From Candidatus Cloacimonadales bacterium (GTDB taxonomy: Bacteria > Cloacimonadota > Cloacimonadia > Cloacimonadales > JAFGVF01), in contig CAXXJV010000002.1 in the NCBI GenBank assembly GCA_963663475.2, positions 224,001 to 288,000 on the forward strand: a DNA stretch of 64,000 nucleotides. Direction: 5' to 3'. The notes under the pieces are model-generated. The model ran no database searches. It saw only the letters and a list, made by a program, of their open reading frames with translations, and had not been told where the DNA came from. Shown in pieces: positions 37,905 to 45,848 of this stretch. How positions within the stretch are numbered: position 1 is the first letter of the stretch; every line of letters starts with the position of its first letter. Made by a program: the position numbers and the translations under genes.

Positions 37905-38176
37905 AATCCCTGAAAGGGATAAAATAATTTAGCCCAGGGTAAGATGCTGAAAGTATCGCAAGCCTGGGTAATGATGGCTAGCCCAAAGATATTACCCTGT
38001 AAGGGTTTAATAAAATGATAAATAATGCATTGTTTGGGATTATAATAAGTCTATGGTATATATGATGTTATTTAACCCTTTCAGGGTTATGCTTTGTTTT
38101 TCATCACCAGTACCCAGGGTTGCATTCCCTTCAGGAATTTACCCTGGGCTAAACTATTTATCCCCTTTTGGGGATT
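37905..38176. repeat. Repeat family C: about 270-bp imperfect inverted repeat built of REP-like hairpins
   Basis: Left aatccctgaaagggataaaataatttagcccagggtaa vs right ttaccctgggctaaactatttatccccttttggggatt; inner accctgtaagggt / accctttcagggt. Confidence 0.8.
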
Positions 38177-38403
38177 CAAGACTTAACCCTTCAGGATACA
38201 TAAAAAAGGTGTCCACTATATTGGTATTTGACAATTCGCATTCCCAGTTAATCCCGCATCCCAGTTAGAATCTTCTTATCAGTGACTTATTCATCTTTCT
38301 TAAAAACTCTGTGAAACTCCTCTTTACCTCTGAGAAACTCTGTGTTAAGGATCTTTTATTCTCTTTTTGGGCACTAGCAAAAGTAATTCGTGAAATTCGT
38401 CTT

Positions 38404-38570
38404 AATCCCAAATAATGCAATAGTTCTTTGAGAATAGCACTATATTCTTTTGCAAAAGTAACTTCCATTATTTCTCCGAATATATAAAAAATATGCGTCA
38501 AAATTCTGTAAGCTATTTTGCTAAAAGAATCTAGCACTCTTCTCTAAAGCTCTATTGCACCATTTGGGTT
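38404..38570 (+). repeat. Repeat family A full copy
   Basis: aatcccaaataatgcaatag...gaatagcactat...ttcttttgcaaaagtaa...tattttgctaaaagaatctagcactcttc...ctattgcaccatttgggtt. Confidence 0.9.
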
Positions 38571-38641
38571 AATTAGTCTTAATTCGTGTAAAGAATCTTT
38601 TTTTAGTGGTGAAACTCTTATTTACTTTCACAGCAAAAAAG

Positions 38642-38670
38642 AAAAAGGCTGGTGGGAGACCAGCCTTTTT
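38642..38670. terminator. Bidirectional intrinsic terminator
   Basis: aaaaaggctggt-gggag-accagccttttt. Confidence 0.85.
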
Positions 38671-38689
38671 AGTGATGTGAAATACTTAA

Positions 38690-40357
38690 CTATTTAAGGA
38701 GTGTTACTTTTTTGACAAGATGACTACTACCTGTAACTAGTTTAGTTAAGTAGATTCCAGACGGAATCGGTTTATTATGAGTATTTGTACCATTCCAAAC
38801 GATATGAGTATCTTTTGAAGTAAGATTATTAAATTCTTTAACTAATTGTCCTTTAAGATTGAAAATCTTTAAAGAAGCTACTTCATTCTGAGGGATAGAG
38901 AATGAGATTCTTGTTTGAGGATTAAATGGGTTTGGATAATTAGAAAGTGATAGGTTTGTTAATTGAGCAATATCATTTTCATTAGCCACAGGATCTTCAA
39001 CAACCATAACATCATCAACTAATAGTACCATTTGAATAGCATCACTATAAGCGTGCCAGCCTAAGAATTTTAAACCAGATTCTTCAGGACTATATTCAAC
39101 AGATACTTGTTGGTATTCTGAATTTATAATATTATTATTATCCCATAGTTGAGTTGTCATTTCTGATGCAGCAGGAGAATCGCCGATGAAGAAGTTCATT
39201 TTTTCTACTGAATCTTCAAATGGAGAATTTTTGTACCAGAATGATATTGTATAAGTATTACCAGCTATCATATCCATACCAGGAGAATACATCCAATCAT
39301 CGTGAGCAGCTGAGAAAGAGAATCTCATATGAGCAGCTTTATCTCCTGTATGAGAATTTTCAGACCATTGGGTATTAGCAATAACTTCCCACCAGCTTGT
39401 ATCTCCATTTAAATTCTCAAATTCCCAACCTAATGGTAGTTCTCCAACTTCAGCTGATTCAAAACCTTCAGAATATTCATCAACTACATTGAAGTCAATA
39501 ACAATATTATCCATAGTGGTGAATCCCCAGATAGGGCAATCTTCAGCAGAACCAGCATCATTTGTTGGTACTACTTGCCAGAAGTACTGAGTTGAATAAT
39601 CTAACCCTTCAGAAATCATATATTCTGTTACATTCCCGATATCTACATTATTCATTAAGTTATTTGGTGGGTAATTACTACCAAAATTTAAGACATAAGA
39701 TGTTGGATTACCACCATTAGAAGACCATACTAGTGGGTATTGAAGTCCATGTGTATGATAGTTAATAACTACATTTTCAGCACCATTAAGAGGAGCTACA
39801 ACAGTAGCAGGATTAGGAACAGTGGCTGTTGATTCCCAAGAAATATCATCAATATATGCAGAATATCCTACACCACCTAAAGGCATATGTAAGAAGGCAA
39901 TATGACTATCAGTATTTTCAGCATCAAAACTAAAAGTAAATTGTTGATATTCAAAAGTTAATGGGAAGACAGCTAATTCAGTATAAGTAGTTATGTCAGA
40001 AGGATCTGTCATTGAACCAATTCTTAATGAATCAGTTTCTTGTCCCCAAGAACTCTTAGCCCAGAAAGAAAGGTCATTTGCTGAGAGTTGAGTTAACTCT
40101 GGAGTTACTAGCATAAGATAATCTTGTTCATCTTCAGTATCACCATACATTTTAACAAAATTTGTCCCAGAAAAAGCATCATAGTCTGATGTGTGTACCC
40201 AAACATTAGCAGCAGTATTCTGTGATTCAATAATAGTTGACCAGCCAGCAGGCATAGCTTCTTCAGCATCAAAGGATTCAAAGAGTGAGCTAACTGGTTG
40301 AGCAGTTAGAATAGCAAAAGCCATTACAGCAATAAGTAAAAGTATTACTTTTTTCAT
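38690..40357 (-). CDS. Secreted protein with two cleaved-adhesin/choice-of-anchor-J-like domains and a C-terminal sorting (FlgD-Ig/T9SS-like) domain
   Basis: Signal peptide; ESFD...PAGW, EGFE..LPLGW, DDWMYSP, YIDDI/LVDDV; NYPNPFNPQTRISF CTD. Confidence 0.75.
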   Translation of the reverse strand: MKKVILLLIAVMAFAILTAQPVSSLFESFDAEEAMPAGWSTIIESQNTAANVWVHTSDYDAFSGTNFVKMYGDTEDEQDYLMLVTPELTQLSANDLSFWAKSSWGQETDSLRIGSMTDPSDITTYTELAVFPLTFEYQQFTFSFDAENTDSHIAFLHMPLGGVGYSAYIDDISWESTATVPNPATVVAPLNGAENVVINYHTHGLQYPLVWSSNGGNPTSYVLNFGSNYPPNNLMNNVDIGNVTEYMISEGLDYSTQYFWQVVPTNDAGSAEDCPIWGFTTMDNIVIDFNVVDEYSEGFESAEVGELPLGWEFENLNGDTSWWEVIANTQWSENSHTGDKAAHMRFSFSAAHDDWMYSPGMDMIAGNTYTISFWYKNSPFEDSVEKMNFFIGDSPAASEMTTQLWDNNNIINSEYQQVSVEYSPEESGLKFLGWHAYSDAIQMVLLVDDVMVVEDPVANENDIAQLTNLSLSNYPNPFNPQTRISFSIPQNEVASLKIFNLKGQLVKEFNNLTSKDTHIVWNGTNTHNKPIPSGIYLTKLVTGSSHLVKKVTLLK

Positions 40358-40378
40358 TTTATCTCCTAAATAGTAAAA

Positions 40379-40391
40379 TTAACAGTGTTAA
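40379..40391. promoter_or_regulatory. Palindromic operator TTAACAGTGTTAA (putative TetR site)
   Basis: Perfect palindrome about 20 bp upstream of the 555-aa gene; related copies at 40979-40991 and 41012-41023. Confidence 0.65.
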
Positions 40392-40410
40392 CTAATAGGA
40401 TAAAAAAAAA

Positions 40411-40998
40411 CTATTTCAAGCCTTTAATAACAGTATTTATACTGCTATTGATTAATAGTTCAATTTCTCCCCAGTGAAAACTTGGTCGTTTAGTAAGTAA
40501 AGAACAGAGACCATGTGTATTGACCCAAAGAATTTGTGTGATTAAATCAATATTGCCTTCCGATAATTCTTTGTCTTGGATACATCTCAAAGTTAAAATC
40601 TTAAGTATCTCATATCCTCTACCAGCATTTGTAATCCCTAGATGGACATTATCTGTTTCTGCAAACAAGGTCGTCATTAATTTGTACATACCAGGATTAG
40701 CAAGAGCTCGATTGATATATAGCTTAATGAAAGCAATTAGGTTATCTAAACTTCTTGACTCTTCATTAGCTAAAATATCTTCATAGTCTTTTGAATAATT
40801 ACTAAAGTAATCTTGGGCTAGATGCTTAAGAATGTCTTGCTTATTGGAATAATAGATGTATAGAGTAGTAGGAGAATAACCAATTTTACTGGCTATTTTC
40901 CGCATAGATACACTATTGATTCCATGTTCAAGGAAGAGCTCTTTAGCAGCTTCAAGAATCATTTTTTTTATATTAGTTTTATCACTGTTATTATTCAT
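40411..40998 (-). CDS. TetR/AcrR family regulator (WHG-like C terminus)
   Basis: ILEAAKELF..G...VSMRKIASKIGYSPTTLYIYY.NK HTH; LWVNTHGL. Confidence 0.92.
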   Translation of the reverse strand: MNNNSDKTNIKKMILEAAKELFLEHGINSVSMRKIASKIGYSPTTLYIYYSNKQDILKHLAQDYFSNYSKDYEDILANEESRSLDNLIAFIKLYINRALANPGMYKLMTTLFAETDNVHLGITNAGRGYEILKILTLRCIQDKELSEGNIDLITQILWVNTHGLCSLLTKRPSFHWGEIELLINSSINTVIKGLK

Positions 40999-41011
40999 GA
41001 GCTTAGCTTTA

Positions 41012-41032
41012 TTAACAGTGTAAATATGTCAA
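41012..41032 (-). promoter_or_regulatory. tetR promoter region: TTGACA -35 followed by an operator copy
   Basis: Minus strand ttgacatatttacactgttaa, 14 bp before the ATG. Confidence 0.55.
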
Positions 41033-41057
41033 GGAAAAGATTTAATTATCTTATTTT

Positions 41058-41145
41058 ATCCCATTAGTGCAGTAGGATTTAAGCTGAGAGTGCAGATTCT
41101 TCTAGCAAAATAAGTTACAGAATTTGAAAGCAGATGATATATATT
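41058..41145 (-). repeat. Repeat family A, truncated copy (right half)
   Basis: Reverse complement contains ttcaaattctgtaacttattttgctagaagaatctgcactctc...cctactgcactaatgggat. Confidence 0.8.
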
Positions 41146-41178
41146 TATAGTCATATTCATGATAATCTATTATTCTCA

Positions 41179-43281
41179 TTACTTCTGCAAAATAATTTTC
41201 TTAGAGTATCTTTTATCACTTGTTCTCATAACCACAATATAAGCACCAGAAGCAACTTTGATATTATTATTGTTGTCTCCTTGCCAGATAAGATCTAACT
41301 TTTCTTTACTTTTATCAACATAAGCATCTAAGAGGTTTTTAACTAACTGTCCTTTAGTGTTGTATATTGCTATGTTAACATTCTGAGGTCTCTCAATTGA
41401 AAAAGATATTCTTGTTTGAGGATTGAAGGGATTGGGATAACTAGGGAATAAGTTGTTTCCCCAAGCTATAGTAGGATGATTATCATTAGTGTTGCTTAGT
41501 TTAATCATAATAGGTCCATAAAGGCTAGAATCATTGTTGTGTTCAACACTTTGTAGCCAATAATAAAGATAATCTGTAAGAATATCGGTTTCATGTGTAA
41601 AGGTATACTGGTGAAGCTGACTACTGTTACTTGCATGAATGAGAGATGGGATTAAATTAGCACAAGCAAAATTATTAGTCTTTCCCCAAAATAAATAGTA
41701 GCCTAGTAGATTAGTTTCTGATTCAACTTCCCAAGTAATGTGAATTCCTGGGGCTGCCGTAATAGCTGAAAAGGATGAAATCTGGACTGGTAAACTACTT
41801 TCATCTAAGACAGGTATGAAGTCAGAAAAAGAGTACAGACCAGAAACAGTAACTATTTTATCGATACAGCTAATACTAGCTCCTAATTCAAGTACGTTTA
41901 CCCAAGCTTCTGAAGCATTGGCTCTCTTATATATCTTTAGACAATTATCATTAAAATAACTTTCTATATCTTGCAGGTTAAAAGTTAAATCGTAAGTTAA
42001 AGTATCTGTGTAGCTTGTGGATATTCTCCAGTATTTATCACCTAGAGCTTGATCTGAATCTGCAAGACCTGTTAAAACTGTACTATTAGTATCAAATTGA
42101 TTAATTAGTAAATTGTTACCTGGAGGAAGAGGATTACAGAATTGAATTTGAGTATTTAAGTTCAATGAAATAAAGGTATCCTGGGCTTCATTATCAACAG
42201 ACAAAAGATCAGAAAGTCTGTTGTTCTGCCAAAAAAGATAGGGGAGACCGTTGTTTATATTTTCGTCTTCCATAAACCAAATGGTCTCAAAGTGCCAACC
42301 ACAGTTTATAAAGGTTGAAGACTCTTGCATTTGAACTTGATTTATTGCTATAATGCTAGATTCTTGTAAGAAACTTTCGTCAATAGTTTCACCAAGGCTA
42401 GCTATTGTCTCATTCTCTTCATAAAAACAGGCTGAGATATCTAGGGAAATATCCTGTGGGCTTTCAGAATAGCCAATAATCATTCCTGCTGATGTTAATT
42501 CATTAGGACTTATACTAGCTCTTACATAAGAATCTCTCAGAGAAATATCATTCTCCGAGTACATAATGCCAATAAGTCCTCCAATTCCAATCTGATTTGC
42601 AATTCCAATCTGTCCTTCAAGGGATCCTGTGAAATAGCAATTAGCCAGTTCTAATGTACATGAGAATATGTTTGTAATTCCTCCAATCCCTTCATATCCT
42701 GATACATGTGCAGTAGAATATGAGTTCATCACCCTGCAGTTATTTGTACAAGCACCTATTATCCCAGCTGAGTAGCTGACATTCTGAGTATAAGCTGTAA
42801 TATTTCCTGAAGATGAGCAGTTACTAACACTTGAATTACTAGCATAAGCTACAATCCCTCCAGAGTAACGAAAACTGTAAAAATCAGCATTTACTACGTG
42901 AAGGTTACTAATGCTTGCATTTTGAATTTTTCCAAAAATACCTGCAAAAGATGTAGTTTTATGGATATATAGATTTGAAATACTATAGCCTTGTCCATCA
43001 TAAGTTCCATTAAAGGTATCATCAACTGATCCAATAGGAGAAAAGAAATTTTCATCACCTATGCCTTGATTATATGTCAGAAAAGCATCAATATCATTTG
43101 TTTGGATAAAATACTTACTCTTTGTCCAGAGATTAGTGGTATTTGAAAGAAATAATAAATCTTCATAAGAACCAATAATATAGGGATCTTCTTGCGTACC
43201 AGAACCGTTTAACTGACCAAAACAGGGAAGAGAAAAAGTAATAAATGCTACAACTATAACCATAATCCTAAACATAAACAT
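41179..43281 (-). CDS. Secreted GLUG-motif protein with C-terminal sorting domain
   Basis: GSGTQEDPYII, FNGTYDGQGYSISNL, GGIVA/GGLIG repeats, LPVQISSF, YPNPFNPQTRISF. Confidence 0.75.
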   Translation of the reverse strand: MFMFRIMVIVVAFITFSLPCFGQLNGSGTQEDPYIIGSYEDLLFLSNTTNLWTKSKYFIQTNDIDAFLTYNQGIGDENFFSPIGSVDDTFNGTYDGQGYSISNLYIHKTTSFAGIFGKIQNASISNLHVVNADFYSFRYSGGIVAYASNSSVSNCSSSGNITAYTQNVSYSAGIIGACTNNCRVMNSYSTAHVSGYEGIGGITNIFSCTLELANCYFTGSLEGQIGIANQIGIGGLIGIMYSENDISLRDSYVRASISPNELTSAGMIIGYSESPQDISLDISACFYEENETIASLGETIDESFLQESSIIAINQVQMQESSTFINCGWHFETIWFMEDENINNGLPYLFWQNNRLSDLLSVDNEAQDTFISLNLNTQIQFCNPLPPGNNLLINQFDTNSTVLTGLADSDQALGDKYWRISTSYTDTLTYDLTFNLQDIESYFNDNCLKIYKRANASEAWVNVLELGASISCIDKIVTVSGLYSFSDFIPVLDESSLPVQISSFSAITAAPGIHITWEVESETNLLGYYLFWGKTNNFACANLIPSLIHASNSSQLHQYTFTHETDILTDYLYYWLQSVEHNNDSSLYGPIMIKLSNTNDNHPTIAWGNNLFPSYPNPFNPQTRISFSIERPQNVNIAIYNTKGQLVKNLLDAYVDKSKEKLDLIWQGDNNNNIKVASGAYIVVMRTSDKRYSKKIILQK

Positions 43282-43422
43282 CTCCTTAATGCATTAATAG
43301 TTTAAATTATAATTTACATTAAAAAGGAAAGGAATAAAGATTGTCAAATAAAAAATCTTAAAATATTTTTTTTTACTAGTGAGGATAGGATAATTACTTA
43401 TAAGTAAACAAGTTAAGCTTAT

Positions 43423-43452
43423 AAAAAAATCCTCTTCAAAAAGAAGAGGATT
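43423..43452 (-). terminator. Intrinsic terminator after serS
   Basis: aatcctcttc-N5-gaagaggatt with T run on the minus strand. Confidence 0.75.
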
Positions 43453-43473
43453 ACATTTTAAATTATGAAAAGT

Positions 43474-44730
43474 CTATATTATAGGTAGGTAGGCTTTCAA
43501 AGCTTGGGGTATTTCAAAAGACCCATCTTCATTTTGATAGTTTTCTAAGATAGCTATTATAGTTCTAGGAGTCGCTAAGCCTGAACCATTTAATGTGTGA
43601 ACGAACTGAACTTTACCTTCAGCATCTCTATATCTAATAGAAGCACGTCTTGCTTGGAAATCAACAAAATTAGATACTGAAGATACTTCTAAATATTTAT
43701 TAGCACCAGGAGCCCAAACTTCTAAATCATAGGTCATGGCAGAAGCAAAAGAAGTATCCCCACTACATAATCTTAAAACACGATAGGGGAGTTCAAGTGC
43801 TTTTAAAATATCTTCTGCATCATTTACCATTTCTTCTAAAACTTTCCAAGAATCTTCTGCTTTCACAAATCTAACCATTTCAACCTTATTGAATTGATGT
43901 AACCTTTGAAGACCTCTAGTATCTTTCCCATAAGAGCCAGCTTCTCTTCTAAAACAATTAGAGAAACCAACAAATTTCTTAGGTAAATCTTCGTGTTTCA
44001 ATATCTCACTAGAATAGAAGTTAGTAATAGGAACTTCAGCTGTAGGTATAAGGTACATATCATCTTCAGCTAGATGGTACATATCATCTTTAAGTTTAGG
44101 TAGCTGTCCTGTACCTTTCATGGAAGTTGGGTTAACCATAGAAGGTACCATAATTTCTTGATAGCCATGATGAATTAAGTGATAATCAAGCATGAAGTTA
44201 ATTAAAGCTCTTTCTAATCTTGCACCCATGCCTGTATGAATAGGAAAACCTGATCCAGATATTTTAGCTCCACGTTCTAGGTCTAAAAGTCCATTTCTCT
44301 CTGCAATTTCAACATGATCAAGTGGTTTGAAAGTGAACTCTCTCTTCTTTCCCCATTCTCTAATTGTCTGATTATCATCTTCAGACTTTCCCAGAGGAAC
44401 ATCAGTATGAGGCATATTAGGTACCCAAAGAATAGCTTCATTAAGAGCATTTTCTGCATCAGTTAAAGAGTTTTTTAGGTCTTTTATTTCTTGAGCAACA
44501 GACCCCATCTGGGCAAGTAAGTCTGAAGCATCTTCTTTATTTTTCTTTCTTAAACCAATCTCTTTAGAAACTTTATTTTGCTCTGCTTTCTTTTGATCAA
44601 AATTAAATTGAGCTACTCTTTTTACTTCATCTAATTCTAAAATTTTATCAATATCAGCTTTTTCACTCTTATTTTTTACAGCTTCTTTAACAAGGTCAGC
44701 ATTTTCTCTTATAAATTTTAAATCTAACAT
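43474..44730 (-). CDS. serS: Serine--tRNA ligase
   Basis: MLDLKFIREN, TGQLPK, LIPTAEVP, FRREAGSYGKDTRGLQRLHQFNKVE, HTLNGSGLA. Confidence 0.98.
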   Translation of the reverse strand: MLDLKFIRENADLVKEAVKNKSEKADIDKILELDEVKRVAQFNFDQKKAEQNKVSKEIGLRKKNKEDASDLLAQMGSVAQEIKDLKNSLTDAENALNEAILWVPNMPHTDVPLGKSEDDNQTIREWGKKREFTFKPLDHVEIAERNGLLDLERGAKISGSGFPIHTGMGARLERALINFMLDYHLIHHGYQEIMVPSMVNPTSMKGTGQLPKLKDDMYHLAEDDMYLIPTAEVPITNFYSSEILKHEDLPKKFVGFSNCFRREAGSYGKDTRGLQRLHQFNKVEMVRFVKAEDSWKVLEEMVNDAEDILKALELPYRVLRLCSGDTSFASAMTYDLEVWAPGANKYLEVSSVSNFVDFQARRASIRYRDAEGKVQFVHTLNGSGLATPRTIIAILENYQNEDGSFEIPQALKAYLPII

Positions 44731-44746
44731 TATTTCCTCAATTTCT

Positions 44747-45514
44747 TTATATTTTGTGGGCTATCTTAATCATCTCTAAGTAAGAGTCAACTTTTAATGA
44801 AGCTCCACCAATCAAGCCACCATCAATATTTGGCTGACTTACCAGAGCTTCAATATTATTAGCTTTCATGCTACCACCATAAAGGATATGAATAGCTTCA
44901 GCAGTTTCAGAACCATATTCTGAAGTTAACCAACTTCTAATCATAGCATGAACTTCTTCAGCCATTTCAGGTGTAGCTGTTTTACCTGTTCCTATTGCCC
45001 AAACAGGTTCATAAGCTATTATAACATCTTGATGTCCGTTAAGGTCGATATTAGCAAAACAACCTGCAAGTTGCTTTAGTATGACTTGTTCAGTAATACC
45101 TGCTTCTCTTTCTTTATCTGTTTCACCGATACAAACAATAGGTCTAATCTTATGTTCAAAAAGTTTATTCAATTTTTCTTTTATAAGTTCATTTGATTCA
45201 TTATGATATTCTCTTCTTTCTGAATGGCCAATAATGGCAAAATCACAGTTAATAGAAGCTAACATTTGGGCTGAAACTTCACCAGTGAAAGCTCCTTGAA
45301 CTTGAGAACTTACATCTTGAGATCCAATCAATAAAGTTGAATCTTGAGCTAGTTTTTTCAATTGATCAATAAATAAGAAGCTCGGAGCAATCATAATTTC
45401 AATCTTAGTCTGATTTATACCTGTAAGTTGAGGTAATAATTCTTTAACAAAAGTAGTAGCTTCATTATAACAATGATTCATTTTCCAATTTCCAGCAACA
45501 ATTATCTTTCTCAT
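44747..45514 (-). CDS. tpiA: Triosephosphate isomerase
   Basis: AGNWKM, GAFTGEVS, GHSERR, AYEPVWAIGTG, LYGGS, GGASL. Confidence 0.98.
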   Translation of the reverse strand: MRKIIVAGNWKMNHCYNEATTFVKELLPQLTGINQTKIEIMIAPSFLFIDQLKKLAQDSTLLIGSQDVSSQVQGAFTGEVSAQMLASINCDFAIIGHSERREYHNESNELIKEKLNKLFEHKIRPIVCIGETDKEREAGITEQVILKQLAGCFANIDLNGHQDVIIAYEPVWAIGTGKTATPEMAEEVHAMIRSWLTSEYGSETAEAIHILYGGSMKANNIEALVSQPNIDGGLIGGASLKVDSYLEMIKIAHKI

Positions 45515-45625
45515 GATAACCTCATTTTAATATTTTTCTTCATTTAAAAAAGATGTCAATATCTTGACAAGTAAAATTTTGAAATTGATAGATTAGTGTG
45601 ACTGCTAGACTCTAAGATGAAGCTG

Positions 45626-45663
45626 AAAACACAAACATCTACGAAAAGCCGAAGAAGAAGATT
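45626..45663 (+). repeat. 38-bp direct repeat D, copy 1
   Basis: aaaacacaaacatctacgaaaagccgaagaagaagatt; 36/38 identical to 48763-48800. Confidence 0.8.
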
Positions 45664-45737
45664 ATAACCAGCAAAAATACACAAAAAGAGGAGAACTTTA
45701 TACTTTTGTTGAACTGTTTAACTGATTATCTGATAAT

Positions 45738-45764
45738 AAGAAAGAGCCCCGCTATAGCGAGGCT
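45738..45764 (-). terminator. Probable terminator after the 936-aa gene
   Basis: Minus strand agcctcgctatagcggggct followed by ctttctt. Confidence 0.55.
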
Positions 45765-45848
45765 TCATAGTATGTTGAAATATCATTGTCAAGTAAGATA
45801 ATAAAAATTAATTTTATCTTTTATTTCTTATTCTTTCTAAACAAGATA

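Noticed and set aside
38053-38537. ORFs 38053-38268 (+) and 38265-38537 (-)
   Set aside because: They run through repeat families C and A, have no convincing RBS or recognisable motif, and are best explained as chance frames
45554-45592. Back-to-back TTGACA boxes (tgtcaatatcttgaca) suggesting a plus-strand sRNA promoter
   Set aside because: No good -10 element at 16-18 bp on the plus strand
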